Shown here in pieces: positions 18,940 to 27,844 of a DNA stretch of 64,000 nt (its first letter is position 1; every line of letters begins with the position of its first letter). Origin of the DNA: Thermoplasmata archaeon (lineage in GTDB: Archaea > Thermoplasmatota > Thermoplasmata > Lutacidiplasmatales > UBA184); contig JAKIWO010000002.1 of NCBI GenBank assembly GCA_022749995.1, forward strand, positions 42,033 through 106,032, given 5' to 3'. The notes under the pieces were generated by a model. That model was not told the DNA's origin, searched no databases, and was given only the letters and a program-made list of their open reading frames with translations. Made by a program: the position numbers and the translations under genes.

Positions 18940-19800
18940 GTGAGTGCCCAGGCCCCCAGCACACCCCCTACCGCTCCGTCGGCCGGGCCTCGTCGCGCTG
19001 CGCCCGGTTCGGTGCTGCAGCGGATGGAGAAGGGGGCCATCCGACATGTGGTAGCCGTCGGCAGCGGCAAGGGCGGGGTGGGAAAATCCTCGGTCACCAC
19101 GCTGCTCGCGGGGGAGCTCCTGCGGCGGGGGAATTCCGTCGGGATCCTCGACGCGGATGTCGGTGGCTCGTCCGTGCCCAAGCTCGTAGGGGCGAAAGGC
19201 CCCCTGCTCGACAAAGGCGAGGGGATCGAACCGGCGGTGACGCCGGAGGGATTGCGGCTCGTCGCCTCTCAGTTCTTGGTCGAACAGGAGGAGACGCCGG
19301 TCGTCTGGCGGGGTCCGCTGGTCACCCGGCTCATCCTGCAGTTCTTCGGGGGGGTGAACTGGGGTCCGCTCGACTACCTGCTGGTCGATATGGCGCCGGG
19401 CACGAGCGACGTCCCGCTCACCATCTTCCAGACACTGCCGCTCGACGGGATGCTCTTCATCGTGAGCCCGCAGGAGCTCGCGACGCTGATCGTGAAGAAG
19501 GCGATGAACATGGCCCGCGACCTGCACGTGCCGCTCCTGGGGTTGGTGGAGAATCTGGCCTACCTGACCTGCCCGCACTGCGGGGAACGGATCGAGCCGT
19601 TCGGTCCCGGTCGGGGCCGGGCCCTGGCCGACGAGTACGGCATCCCGATGGTCGCCCAACTACCCATCGATCCCGGGGTCTCTTCCCGAGGCGACCTCGG
19701 CTCGCTCCTCGGCTACAGCTCACCCGCGATCACCCAGCTCGGGGACGGATTCCTCGCCGCGCTCCGTGACGCCAAGAAGCGCGAGCTTACGGTACTGTAG
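18940..19800 (+). CDS. apbC: Mrp/NBP35/ApbC-type Fe-S cluster carrier ATPase
   Basis: Has the deviant Walker A VAVGSGKGGVGKSSV, then DADVGGSS, DMAPGTSD and the CPHCG cluster-binding motif. Confidence 0.85.
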   Translation: MSAQAPSTPPTAPSAGPRRAAPGSVLQRMEKGAIRHVVAVGSGKGGVGKSSVTTLLAGELLRRGNSVGILDADVGGSSVPKLVGAKGPLLDKGEGIEPAVTPEGLRLVASQFLVEQEETPVVWRGPLVTRLILQFFGGVNWGPLDYLLVDMAPGTSDVPLTIFQTLPLDGMLFIVSPQELATLIVKKAMNMARDLHVPLLGLVENLAYLTCPHCGERIEPFGPGRGRALADEYGIPMVAQLPIDPGVSSRGDLGSLLGYSSPAITQLGDGFLAALRDAKKRELTVL

Positions 19801-20482
19801 CGGCTCCCAACGCGGAGAACGGAACCTGCTCTACCCGGACGCCCCGACGCTGGAGCGCCTGCGTTAGCCCGGGAAGGTGGGCGTCGCCCACCACGACCGC
19901 CAGGCGCCGGAGGCCGCGGCGTTGCCCTTCGAGCAATCGGTCGGCCATGTGCTCGTTCCGGTCATCGAGCAGCACCCGCGTCACGCCCGGCATGACCCGC
20001 CGCAGCTCCTCGAGGTAGTTGCTCGGCTGCTGCCGGTAGGCTTCGAGCTGGTCGTGGACGAGCGAGCCCGGGAGGAAGAGGCCGACCACCGCGCCCGCGA
20101 GGAGCGTGACTCGTTCCTTCACCGAGAGGGAGCGGAGGAGGCGGGCGAGCGTATCCCGGATCGGGTCGTCGACGAGGAGGAGCGGGAGCTGGCGCTCCAT
20201 GGCGATCAGCGCCGCGGCCTTCATTTCTGCTCCCGCGCCGGCCCCGAGCTCGTCGCCGAGCCGCTGTTGCATCGCCGCCCAGAGCCGAAGAAGGATCGGG
20301 GATGGACCCCGGCGATCCTCGGTGCCCGTCGGGGCCATCAGCGCCCGATACCGGTCCGCATCCAGCTCGATCGCGATCCCGTCGAGCGGCCGGGGACCGA
20401 GCAGCCGCCGCAGCGGCGCACCCAGGTCGACGACGTGGGCCACGCCCACGACGAGGACCGAGCCTTCCACCTCCGCCGCCAC
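19787..20482 (-). CDS. TraB/PrgY-family protein
   Basis: Contains VLVVGVAHVV...IAIELDADRY...GAEMKAAAL...DDRNEHMADRLL...AVVVGDAHLPGL. The track ORF (to 20869) is an antisense shadow over the plus-strand gene at 20564-20863. The start was set at GTG 20482. Confidence 0.62.
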   Translation of the reverse strand: MAAEVEGSVLVVGVAHVVDLGAPLRRLLGPRPLDGIAIELDADRYRALMAPTGTEDRRGPSPILLRLWAAMQQRLGDELGAGAGAEMKAAALIAMERQLPLLLVDDPIRDTLARLLRSLSVKERVTLLAGAVVGLFLPGSLVHDQLEAYRQQPSNYLEELRRVMPGVTRVLLDDRNEHMADRLLEGQRRGLRRLAVVVGDAHLPGLTQALQRRGVRVEQVPFSALGAATVP

Positions 20483-20563
20483 GACCCCGGAAAGGGCGCG
20501 GCGATTAAGGGCGCCGCTCCGACCGCACAACCGCCAAATACCGAGGCTGGGTCGGCGCCGCCG

Positions 20564-20863
20564 ATGGCCTGGACGATCTTCACGGTGCTCTCGGCCCAGC
20601 GCACGGAACTCGACGCCGCCCTCCGTGACGACGTGGTCGGACGGCAGAGCCAGACGGTGCGGGAGGCGAGCACGCTGGGCGGGCCGGCCGGAACGCTCTA
20701 CGTGTTCATCGAGGGCGCGCCGGAACCGGTGGCCCGCGCCGAGACCTTGCTCGCGCCGCTCGGCAAGAAGCTGCCGGCGGCCGAAGGGGAGGCGCTCTAC
20801 GCCCGGTTCAAGGCGGAGGAAGAATCCGCCAGCGCGGGCATGGGCCTCTTCTTCACCGAATGA
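20564..20863 (+). CDS. Small (99-aa) protein with an acidic-hydrophobic C-terminal tail resembling archaeal ribosomal stalk P1/P0 tails
   Basis: Third codon positions are almost all G/C in this frame, while the opposite-strand ORF is its exact antisense. The C-terminus is ...LYARFKAEEESASAGMGLFFTE. Confidence 0.55.
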   Translation: MAWTIFTVLSAQRTELDAALRDDVVGRQSQTVREASTLGGPAGTLYVFIEGAPEPVARAETLLAPLGKKLPAAEGEALYARFKAEEESASAGMGLFFTE

Positions 20864-20865
20864 GC

Positions 20866-21663
20866 TCAATCGGGCTCGAGCGGGGCGTGGGAGGGCTCCA
20901 AGTCCTCTCCCGCCCCGAAGGTCTGTTGCAACCGCTGGTACATCGCCTCGAGGCCCGTGCGCTCGGTCGCGGAGGTCGCGAGCAACGTCGCGAGCGGCGC
21001 GAGCGATTCGATGGCGCGATACATCTCGGCCGAGAGCTGCACATCGGGAGTAGGAGCCTCGGTCGTGACCGCGTCTCCGAGCCGACCGGGTTCCTCGGCC
21101 CAGCCGAGGATCTCCTGCACCCGGTCGGCCGGCAGGAGGTCGGTCTTCGTCAGCAGATTCAGCGTCGGCAGCCGGAACCGGAACTCGACGGTCGCCGAGA
21201 GCATGAGGAGCGAGACGAACCCCGAGGGGCTCTTGGCCAGCGTCGGGTCGAACAGGAAGGCGATCGCGCTACGGTCCCCGCTGAGCGCATCGACGATCGC
21301 CCGGGAGGACTCGCGGAAGGCGAAGAGCTCGACCTGCCCCGGCGTGTCCACCAGGATGTAGTCGGTGCGCAGCTCCTCGAGCGCCTGCTTGACCTCGAAG
21401 ATCTTGAGTGCGATCAGGTCGGCCGCGGCCACCTGGGCCCCGTTCGGACCTAGGGCGTATTCGTCCATCACGTCCGACAGGCGCACCCACTCCCGGATGT
21501 CGATGTCCGCCGTAGTGTCCCGGCTCTCGCTCCCGGGATCCAGGTTCACGACGACCGCGTCGTACCCGGCGGTCTTGAGCCACTCGCCGAACGCCCGGAC
21601 GATCGTGGTCTTGCCGGCGCCGGCGGTGCCGGTGAAGTAGACCGTCGCTGGCTCCTCGGCCAT
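20866..21663 (-). CDS. GPN-loop GTPase
   Basis: Has the P-loop FTGTAGAGKTT, then NLDPG, the GPNGA motif and DTPGQVELF. Confidence 0.82.
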   Translation of the reverse strand: MAEEPATVYFTGTAGAGKTTIVRAFGEWLKTAGYDAVVVNLDPGSESRDTTADIDIREWVRLSDVMDEYALGPNGAQVAAADLIALKIFEVKQALEELRTDYILVDTPGQVELFAFRESSRAIVDALSGDRSAIAFLFDPTLAKSPSGFVSLLMLSATVEFRFRLPTLNLLTKTDLLPADRVQEILGWAEEPGRLGDAVTTEAPTPDVQLSAEMYRAIESLAPLATLLATSATERTGLEAMYQRLQQTFGAGEDLEPSHAPLEPD

Positions 21664-21959
21664 CAGGCCTTCCCCTTCCGTGGCGGGAGGTCGCGCAGCG
21701 CCGTGGCGAGTTGCCGCAGGAAGGCGGCCTTCGTGGTTCCCGGCTTCTTTTGGACGCGCAGTCGTCCCGCCGAGAGCGGGTCGCGGGGGTAGGCCTTCTC
21801 CGGCTCGGCTTCGGCCTGGAAGCCCAATCGGCGCGTTGACTCGAGCAGTTGCTCGAGCGTCACCTCGTTCGCAGCCAGGAGTTGGGGCACCCGACGCCCG
21901 TGCGCGCGCGTGCCGTGGCGCCCGAGGTAGGCAGGGTACACGAAGAAGTGGTCGGGCAT
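21663..21959 (-). CDS. srp19: Signal recognition particle protein SRP19
   Basis: Reads MPDHFFVYPAYLGRHGTRAHGRRVP...LGFQAEAEPEKAYPRDP...GRLRVQKK (98 aa). The track merges it into a 374-aa composite ORF. Confidence 0.85.
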   Translation of the reverse strand: MPDHFFVYPAYLGRHGTRAHGRRVPQLLAANEVTLEQLLESTRRLGFQAEAEPEKAYPRDPLSAGRLRVQKKPGTTKAAFLRQLATALRDLPPRKGKA

Positions 21960-21972
21960 CCCCGACGTCCGC

Positions 21973-22368
21973 CTACGTACCAGAGCTCTGGGCGACGCGG
22001 ACGGCGTTGAGCACGCCGTCTTGCCCAGGACGCGATCGGACCTGGACGAGCCCGAGGTCGGTCTCGAGCAGGGCGCCCCGGGTGATGATGTTCCGCTGCA
22101 CGTAATTGGGGTTCGCGGGATTCTCGCGGACCGTGACGATCTTCGCCACCTGCATCTTGCCCGTGGCGGGGTCGAACACATTGACGCTCGAGGTCGTGAG
22201 GATGCGCATCTTGCGACTGCCGCCCCGGCCGCGGTACGGCTTGACGTGTTCGGGCCCGACCGTCGCGTGCTGAACCTCGGGGGCGATCTCGAACCGGCGC
22301 TTGTGGCGCACGGGTCGGAGCCGGCCACCGCTCGGGCTGCGCCGCGACCGACCTTGCCAGATTCCCAT
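21973..22368 (-). CDS. rps8e: 30S ribosomal protein eS8
   Basis: Reads MGIWQGRSRRSPSGGRLRPVRHKRRFE...VKPYRGRGGSRKMRIL...NPNYVRRNIITRGA-like core (131 aa). The start was trimmed from the track ORF. Confidence 0.85.
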   Translation of the reverse strand: MGIWQGRSRRSPSGGRLRPVRHKRRFEIAPEVQHATVGPEHVKPYRGRGGSRKMRILTTSSVNVFDPATGKMQVAKIVTVRENPANPNYVQRNIITRGALLETDLGLVQVRSRPGQDGVLNAVRVAQSSGT

Positions 22369-22493
22369 CGAGTACCTCGGGAGGCGGCCGAGCGGAGGGT
22401 CGCTATTTGAGGTTTCGTGGAGCGGTGGCTCTCGAGGGGCCACGGGGTCGACTCCGTCCGGGCCGTTATCACCGACATTGACCGTCCGGTCCT

Positions 22494-23192
22494 GTGCTGC
22501 CCCCCACGCACCGGGAGCGCCGGCGCGCCGGCGGGGCACGGACCGTCCTCGGCTTGGACGAAGCCGGCCGAGGCAGTGTGCTCGGACCGCTGGTCATCGG
22601 CGGCCTCCTCGTCGCGGAGGATCGGCTCGCCGAGCTCCGCCCGATGGGAGTGCGGGACTCGAAGCGGCTCACTCCCCGGCGACGCGCCGAGCTGTTCGAC
22701 CGGATCGCCGAGGTGGGCGAGCGCGCCAGCGTCCGTTTCGAGCCGGGCGAGATCGATGCCGCGGTACGCCACCACCGCCTCAATCACCTGGAGGCTCTAG
22801 GGTTCGCGGCGCTCGTGCGGCGGATGGCTCCGGATCGGGTCGTGGTCGACGCGTGCGATCCGGTCGCCGCCCGCTTCGGCCGCCACGTGCAGCGGCTCTC
22901 CGGCGGGAGGGTGCCCGTGGAGGCGCGCCACCACGCCGACGCGCAAGAGCCGGTCGTGGGAGCCGCTTCGATCGTGGCCAAGGTGCTGCGCGACCGCGCG
23001 ATGCTCTCGCTCTCCGAAGAACTAGGCTACGCGTTGGGGTCGGGCTACCCGTCGGATCCGCGCACGATCGAGGTGCTGCGGGCCGCGCTCGCGGCCGAGG
23101 GACGGCCCTCCTGGGTCCGACACTCCTGGCGTACAGCGGAAAGGGTTAAGGCGGGCCCCTGGGTCGAAACGCTGGAAACGTACGCGCCATGA
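22494..23192 (+). CDS. rnhB: Ribonuclease HII
   Basis: Contains VLGLDEAGRGSVLGPLVIGG, VRDSKRL, DACD and ASIVAKV. Confidence 0.85.
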   Translation: MLPPTHRERRRAGGARTVLGLDEAGRGSVLGPLVIGGLLVAEDRLAELRPMGVRDSKRLTPRRRAELFDRIAEVGERASVRFEPGEIDAAVRHHRLNHLEALGFAALVRRMAPDRVVVDACDPVAARFGRHVQRLSGGRVPVEARHHADAQEPVVGAASIVAKVLRDRAMLSLSEELGYALGSGYPSDPRTIEVLRAALAAEGRPSWVRHSWRTAERVKAGPWVETLETYAP

Positions 23193-23524
23193 TCGAGGAG
23201 GCGTTGGCCGGGCTCGTGGAGCGGTTCAACCGCCACGCCGACCACAACCCCGGCGTGCGGGCCGAGCTCGTGGGGATCAGCCGGACCATCGCGATCCGGC
23301 TGACCGACGAGCGTCAGTACGCCGTCGACCTCAAGGAGGGCCGACTGAGCGGACTGCGCAGCGGGGCGGCCGACAAGGCCGACCTGACCATCGTCACCGA
23401 CTCGGTCACCTTCCTCGGACTGCTCCGCCGTGAGATCGGACCGATGCGCGCGCTCGCGACCCGCAAGCTCTCGATCACCGGCTCGATCGAAGACAAGCTG
23501 CTGCTGCGCCGCCTGCTGGCGTAG
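23189..23524 (+). CDS. SCP2 (sterol-carrier-like) domain protein
   Basis: 111 aa. Contains TIAIRLTD...YAVDLKEGRL...ADLTIVTDSVTFLGLLRREIGPMRALATRKLSITG, an SCP2 pattern. It has an ATGA overlap with rnhB. Confidence 0.6.
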   Translation: MIEEALAGLVERFNRHADHNPGVRAELVGISRTIAIRLTDERQYAVDLKEGRLSGLRSGAADKADLTIVTDSVTFLGLLRREIGPMRALATRKLSITGSIEDKLLLRRLLA

Positions 23525-23533
23525 CGCGCGGGC

Positions 23534-24031
23534 CTACGGAAGGAACACGCAGGCGGCGATGCACACGCCGTAGTGGTCCATCGGGATCACGAGCTCTTCG
23601 GTCCGGTAATGGATGCGCCGCAGCTCCACTCCGCGGAAGTGCGCGATCTCCTCCATGCGCCACTTGAGGAACTCCTTGAGCGACTTCTGGGTCCCGTGCA
23701 GGTGGCCCTCGGCGACGTACCCGCCCTGACCATCCGTCCGGAAGCCGTACGCGATCCCGGAGGAGATCACTTCCCCCTCGCCCCCGCCGTAGCGCGCGAG
23801 CACGCAATGCGTGATCGCTCCGCGGCGCAGCGGGGCTCGGTCCATCTGACGGATCCCGACGGGGAGCACGGAGGAGACCGAGACCAGGTTCTGTTCCCCG
23901 ATGCCGGCCTGGAGCAGCGCCAGGTCGAAGGCGTTGAGCTCGCTGGTCTTGTTGATCCCCTTCCCGCTCGTGACAAAGAAGCGGGTCGGCACGGGGATGA
24001 GCGTGTCCTGGCGCACGTCGCGGGTAGGCAC
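23534..24031 (-). CDS. pdaD: Pyruvoyl-dependent arginine decarboxylase
   Basis: Contains FFVTSGKG...ELNAFDLALLQAGIGEQNLVSVSSVLP, including the Ser-Ser self-cleavage site. Confidence 0.85.
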   Translation of the reverse strand: MPTRDVRQDTLIPVPTRFFVTSGKGINKTSELNAFDLALLQAGIGEQNLVSVSSVLPVGIRQMDRAPLRRGAITHCVLARYGGGEGEVISSGIAYGFRTDGQGGYVAEGHLHGTQKSLKEFLKWRMEEIAHFRGVELRRIHYRTEELVIPMDHYGVCIAACVFLP

Positions 24032-24122
24032 GGCCGACGGGGAGCGCTCCGGGCCCTTAAACTTTGGTTTTCTCCGAGGAGCGCCGGCCCCCCGGGCGGT
24101 GGCGCGGCGGCGCCGGAGAGCG

Positions 24123-24641
24123 CTAGACCATGATCGCGTGGCGGCGCCGCATCGATTCTTCCGTCTCCCCGCGAGCGCGCATCATTTCTGCGATCAACCC
24201 GTCGAGGAACTGGAAGGCGGTCGCCTCGAACAGGGTGCCGAGCGGGGCGAGCGTGGGACGCTCGGGCTCCTCGGGGAAGTGGAACGTCACCAGGAGCGAT
24301 GCGGCGTGCGCGATCTTCGAGCTGGGCCGCGCGGTGAGCACGAGCAGCTCCGCGCCCTCTCGGCGCACGATGTTCGCCGTCTGCATCGAGGAGTAGCTCT
24401 CGCCGGCCCCGCTCAGGATGACGACCGTGTCCCCGGCGCGCACGATCGGCGTGACCGATTCCCCGATCACGTACGCGCTCCGGCCGATCTGCACGAGGCG
24501 CATCGCGAACCCGCGACCGATGATGCCGCTGCGGCCGGCGCCGTAGACGAAGACCGACGGAGCTCGCAGCAGCCGCTCCACGGCCGTACTCACCACCGAC
24601 GGCGCGATCTGCGCTAGCGCTTCGGCGCTGCGGCGTCGCAC
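24123..24641 (-). CDS. hxlB: 6-phospho-3-hexuloisomerase (SIS domain)
   Basis: Contains VFVYGAGRSGIIGRGFAMRLVQIG...VVILSGAGES. The track start is 24761. GTG 24641 would remove the 89-nt overlap with the upstream gene, so the start is uncertain. Confidence 0.65.
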   Translation of the reverse strand: MRRRSAEALAQIAPSVVSTAVERLLRAPSVFVYGAGRSGIIGRGFAMRLVQIGRSAYVIGESVTPIVRAGDTVVILSGAGESYSSMQTANIVRREGAELLVLTARPSSKIAHAASLLVTFHFPEEPERPTLAPLGTLFEATAFQFLDGLIAEMMRARGETEESMRRRHAIMV

Positions 24642-24672
24642 GTACTCCGTGGCGCGCGGGAAGCGGGCGTCC

Positions 24673-25842
24673 TCAGCGGGAGGATCGGCTGCCGTGGGAC
24701 CTCCGTCGGGGCGCCGGACGCGCGCGCGGCTTGGGCGGTGCGAGGCGGCTGCGGGCTCCACTCGCGGGCAACGAGCCGGAGCGACGGGCCGGGGGAGCCG
24801 GAGCCACCGCCGTAGGTGGCCGGCTCGCGGCTTGGTGGCGCTTGGCCCAACGTCGGGTGAGCGCCCGCTCGTACAGGAGTTTCATGTACATTGCGTCGTG
24901 CTCGAGCAGCGGCGAGCTCGAGATCACCGTGACATCGTAGTCCCGGTCGGAGAGTGCCTCGGCGAGAGGATCAAATCGGAGCTCGCCTCGCTTGATCGGA
25001 GTGAGGCGGAACTCCCCGGTGCCGTACAGGTCCGCGCCGGAAAAGTTGAGGTAGAGGGCTCCGCCGCTCGCGTCGACGAACTCCGTGAGGAGCGGCTCGA
25101 GGGCGCCGGGCTCATCGAAGGTCCGCCGTTCGCGCGCCGCCAGGTGGGGCAGGTTCAGGACCGGCACGATCCCCTTGACGGTGCGGGCCAGTTCGAGGAC
25201 CTCCTCGCGCGAGCCGAAGACGTCGGGGTGGCCGCTCGGCTCGATGCCGAGCCGCACCGAGCCCTTCGTCGTCCGCTCGAGCCAACGGGTCAGGTCGCGC
25301 GCGATGCCCGTGAGTTCGGCGACGGAGGCCTCTCGGTCGCCCGTGCCGTAGAAGCCGAGATGGGTGACGGCCAAGCGGGCGCCGAGTCCGCTGGCGAGCA
25401 CACCGGACCACTGGATCTGGCGGATGCTCCGGTCGCGCGACTCCTCGCTGCCGAAGAAGTCGACGTAGTACGGGGCGTGGAGCGTCAGATCGACATCGAG
25501 CGACTTGGCGAGCGCGCGGGTCAGGGCGAGGTCGGCCGCATCCTTGGCGAGCGACCACGTGAGCGCGGTCAGGTTGCCGCGGCGCTTGAGCGGATGCTCG
25601 AGCGCGCCGGCTTCGCTGAGCTCACCGCTCTTTCCGGAGGCGACCTCCACGATGAGTTGGAGGGGAAGATCCTTCGGTAGCTGGCCGACCTCTTCGTCGA
25701 GGACCATCCGCACGAGCGGGTTCACTTTGATGAACTGCACCTCGAGCGCGGTCAGACCCAGATGGTGGACATCGGCGATCCCATCCCGCAGTGTCCGCCC
25801 TTTGCAGGAGAGCGGGATACCTGCTGGACCAAACCGAATCAC
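24673..25842 (-). CDS. Endonuclease IV-like / xylose-isomerase-like TIM-barrel protein with a long basic C-terminal tail
   Basis: Contains VIRFGPAGIP, LHAPYYVDF, GIEPSGH and NLPHL, which are Nfo-type metal-ligand positions. An insertion follows strand 1. The last roughly 65 aa are R/P/A-rich. The start was set at GTG 25842. Confidence 0.6.
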   Translation of the reverse strand: MIRFGPAGIPLSCKGRTLRDGIADVHHLGLTALEVQFIKVNPLVRMVLDEEVGQLPKDLPLQLIVEVASGKSGELSEAGALEHPLKRRGNLTALTWSLAKDAADLALTRALAKSLDVDLTLHAPYYVDFFGSEESRDRSIRQIQWSGVLASGLGARLAVTHLGFYGTGDREASVAELTGIARDLTRWLERTTKGSVRLGIEPSGHPDVFGSREEVLELARTVKGIVPVLNLPHLAARERRTFDEPGALEPLLTEFVDASGGALYLNFSGADLYGTGEFRLTPIKRGELRFDPLAEALSDRDYDVTVISSSPLLEHDAMYMKLLYERALTRRWAKRHQAASRPPTAVAPAPPARRSGSLPASGARSRLAPPKPRARPAPRRRSHGSRSSR

Positions 25843-25886
25843 AAAACCGACCCTCAGGAACGGCGGACGGGGGCTATCGTACGGGT

Positions 25887-26552
25887 CTATATATGGGGTG
25901 ACCCGGCGACGGTGAGCGGCACGAATTGACAGGCCGGTCCGGACTCGTACCGGTCCCCTTCCGGCCCGGCGCGTACCGTGAGCAACCGTTGCACGCCCGG
26001 CGGGCCGAGCGGCAGCACGAGGCGGCCCCCTTCGCGCAGTTGTGCTCGCCACTGCGGCTGCAGGCGCGCGGTCGCGGCAGAGACCACGATCCGGTCGTAC
26101 GGTGCGCCCGACGGCCAGCCCAGCCAGCCGTCCGCCTCCTCGATCTTCACCCGAGCACCGAAGCCTAGGTCGGCGAGCACCCGACGGGAGCGCTCGACCA
26201 GGGAGGCCTCGTGCTCGAGCCCCACCAGGCGGCCGCTCGGGCCGATGATCTCCGCCGCCAGCGCGAGCAGGTAGCCCGAGCCGCTGCCCACCTCGAGCAG
26301 GGAGACCCCAGCGCGGAGGTCGAGGGCGGCGAGTTGCAGTGCGACCATGTGCGGCGCGGAGACGGTCGAGCCGGAGGGGCCCAGCGGGACCGGCTCGTCG
26401 AAGTAGGCGTGCGCACTCTCCGAGGCCGGTACGAAGCGATGGCGCGGCATGCGCCGCATCGCCCCGGCGATCCGGGGATCGAGCGTGCCCAGCGCACGCA
26501 CCATCTGTTCCCGGTCACGGACGGTCTGCTCGGTGTCCCAGGGACCGATCAC
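25887..26552 (-). CDS. pcm: Protein-L-isoaspartate O-methyltransferase
   Basis: Contains RHRFVP...TVSAPHMVA...LEVGSGSGYLLALAAEI...YDRIVVSAA. The GTG start overlaps the rlmE stop (GTGA). Confidence 0.8.
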   Translation of the reverse strand: MIGPWDTEQTVRDREQMVRALGTLDPRIAGAMRRMPRHRFVPASESAHAYFDEPVPLGPSGSTVSAPHMVALQLAALDLRAGVSLLEVGSGSGYLLALAAEIIGPSGRLVGLEHEASLVERSRRVLADLGFGARVKIEEADGWLGWPSGAPYDRIVVSAATARLQPQWRAQLREGGRLVLPLGPPGVQRLLTVRAGPEGDRYESGPACQFVPLTVAGSPHI

Positions 26553-27157
26553 GGCGTGGTCCGTGGCGGCCGGAATCCAAGACACAGCAGATAGAGCTCG
26601 GAGGAGCGCTCGCGGGAGGCGGCCGGCTTGGTCCGGTGGAGGCTCGCAAAGTGGCGCTTCAGTTCGCGCTCGAGGGGGCGGCGGAGGTCGCCGTCGAACA
26701 CTTTCGCGACGAAGTGACCGCCGGGCTGGAGCAGCGGCCGGGCGAGAGCGAACGCGGTGCGCACGAGGTCCACGCTGCGCGCATGGTCGGTAGAGTACGC
26801 TCCCGAGATGCGAGGGGAGAGGTCGGAGAGCACGACCTCGAACGAGCACCCGGCGAGGCGCGCTCGCAGCTCCTCCGAGCCGACCCGGCCCCGGATCGAC
26901 TCCACTCCTTCGATCGGGTCGGTGCGGCGCTCGTCCACGGCCAGGACGGCCCCCTCGGGGCCCACCGCGTCGGCCGCCACGACGCTCCAGCCTCCCGGCG
27001 CGGCGCCCAGGTCCAGGACGCGATCGCCCGGGTGGAGCAGGCGGAACTCGTCGTTCAGCTCGGCGAGCTTGAAGGCCGCACGGGAGTGCAGCCCCTCCTC
27101 CTGCGCTGCCCGGTAGTACGGGTCACGGCGGCGCTCGGCCAGGAATCGGCGCCCCAC
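26549..27157 (-). CDS. rlmE: 23S rRNA 2'-O-ribose methyltransferase RlmE/FtsJ
   Basis: Contains YYRAAQEEGLHSRAAFKLAELNDEF...VLDLGAAPGGWS...VLSDLSP...FVAKVFDG...KPAASRERSSELYL. Confidence 0.85.
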   Translation of the reverse strand: MGRRFLAERRRDPYYRAAQEEGLHSRAAFKLAELNDEFRLLHPGDRVLDLGAAPGGWSVVAADAVGPEGAVLAVDERRTDPIEGVESIRGRVGSEELRARLAGCSFEVVLSDLSPRISGAYSTDHARSVDLVRTAFALARPLLQPGGHFVAKVFDGDLRRPLERELKRHFASLHRTKPAASRERSSELYLLCLGFRPPRTTP

Positions 27158-27304
27158 GACCGTCGAACGGGAGGGCGGCTTTAGGAGTGGCGCCGCGGTT
27201 CGTTGGTCCCTCGCTCACGCAGGCTACCCGCGGCCCTTCCTCGGAGGGCACCGCAACCGCCATCTGCCGTCCGTCAAATTCCGCGGTGCGCGCCGGGGTG
27301 AGGG

Positions 27305-27844
27305 ATGACAGGATTCGATGTCGCGACCTGGACGGCGCTCGGTACGTGGGTGCTGGTCATCGGCACGCTGATCATGATGTACTGGCAGACCCGCTGGCAA
27401 CTGCGTCTCAACTCGGCCAATGCGCTCCTCGTGCTGAGGGAGCGGTACGACACGCCGGCGATGCGTCGGGCCCGGGGCAAGTTCGCGCAGCATCTGCTCT
27501 CCCCCGGAGGGGATCCGCCGCTATTGGACGTTCCCCGGTTCTTCGAGCTGATCGGATCTCTGACGCACCAGCGGGCGCTCGAGGAGCGGATGGTCTGGAG
27601 CGCCTTCGGGGGCTACGTCACGGCGTACTACCACCGGATGGTCAAGCCGATCGACTACATCGGCACCTGGCGCAAGGAGTGGCAGGACCCGCTGATCTTC
27701 CGCGAGTTCGAGTGGCTTCACTCGCGCGTGGAACGGATCGACCGGCAGAAGCTCGGTGCGCGGTACGTTGCGACCATGGACAACTCGGAGGAGGCCGTCC
27801 GCATCCTCCAGGCCGAGGTCCGCCACCAGGAACCGGTCGTCTAG
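27305..27844 (+). CDS. Hypothetical protein with an N-terminal TM helix and a W/R/Y-rich soluble domain
   Basis: 179 aa with the TM segment WTALGTWVLVIGTLIMMYW. The codon pattern looks coding, with less extreme GC than its neighbours. No family recognised with confidence. Confidence 0.45.
   Translation: MTGFDVATWTALGTWVLVIGTLIMMYWQTRWQLRLNSANALLVLRERYDTPAMRRARGKFAQHLLSPGGDPPLLDVPRFFELIGSLTHQRALEERMVWSAFGGYVTAYYHRMVKPIDYIGTWRKEWQDPLIFREFEWLHSRVERIDRQKLGARYVATMDNSEEAVRILQAEVRHQEPVV

Noticed and set aside
19787-20869. A 360-aa track ORF suggesting a much longer TraB-family protein.
   Set aside because: Only the C-terminal 231 aa resemble TraB. The N-terminal 130 aa are the exact antisense frame of the plus-strand 99-aa gene, which has near-uniform G/C at third positions.
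21663-22787. Composite long ORFs on the minus strand: a 374-aa ORF here and a 411-aa ORF at 37489-38724.
   Set aside because: Only the 3' ends encode recognisable proteins (SRP19 of 98 aa and TatA of 63 aa). The upstream parts overlap other real genes (eS8, AbrB-PhoU) in different frames.
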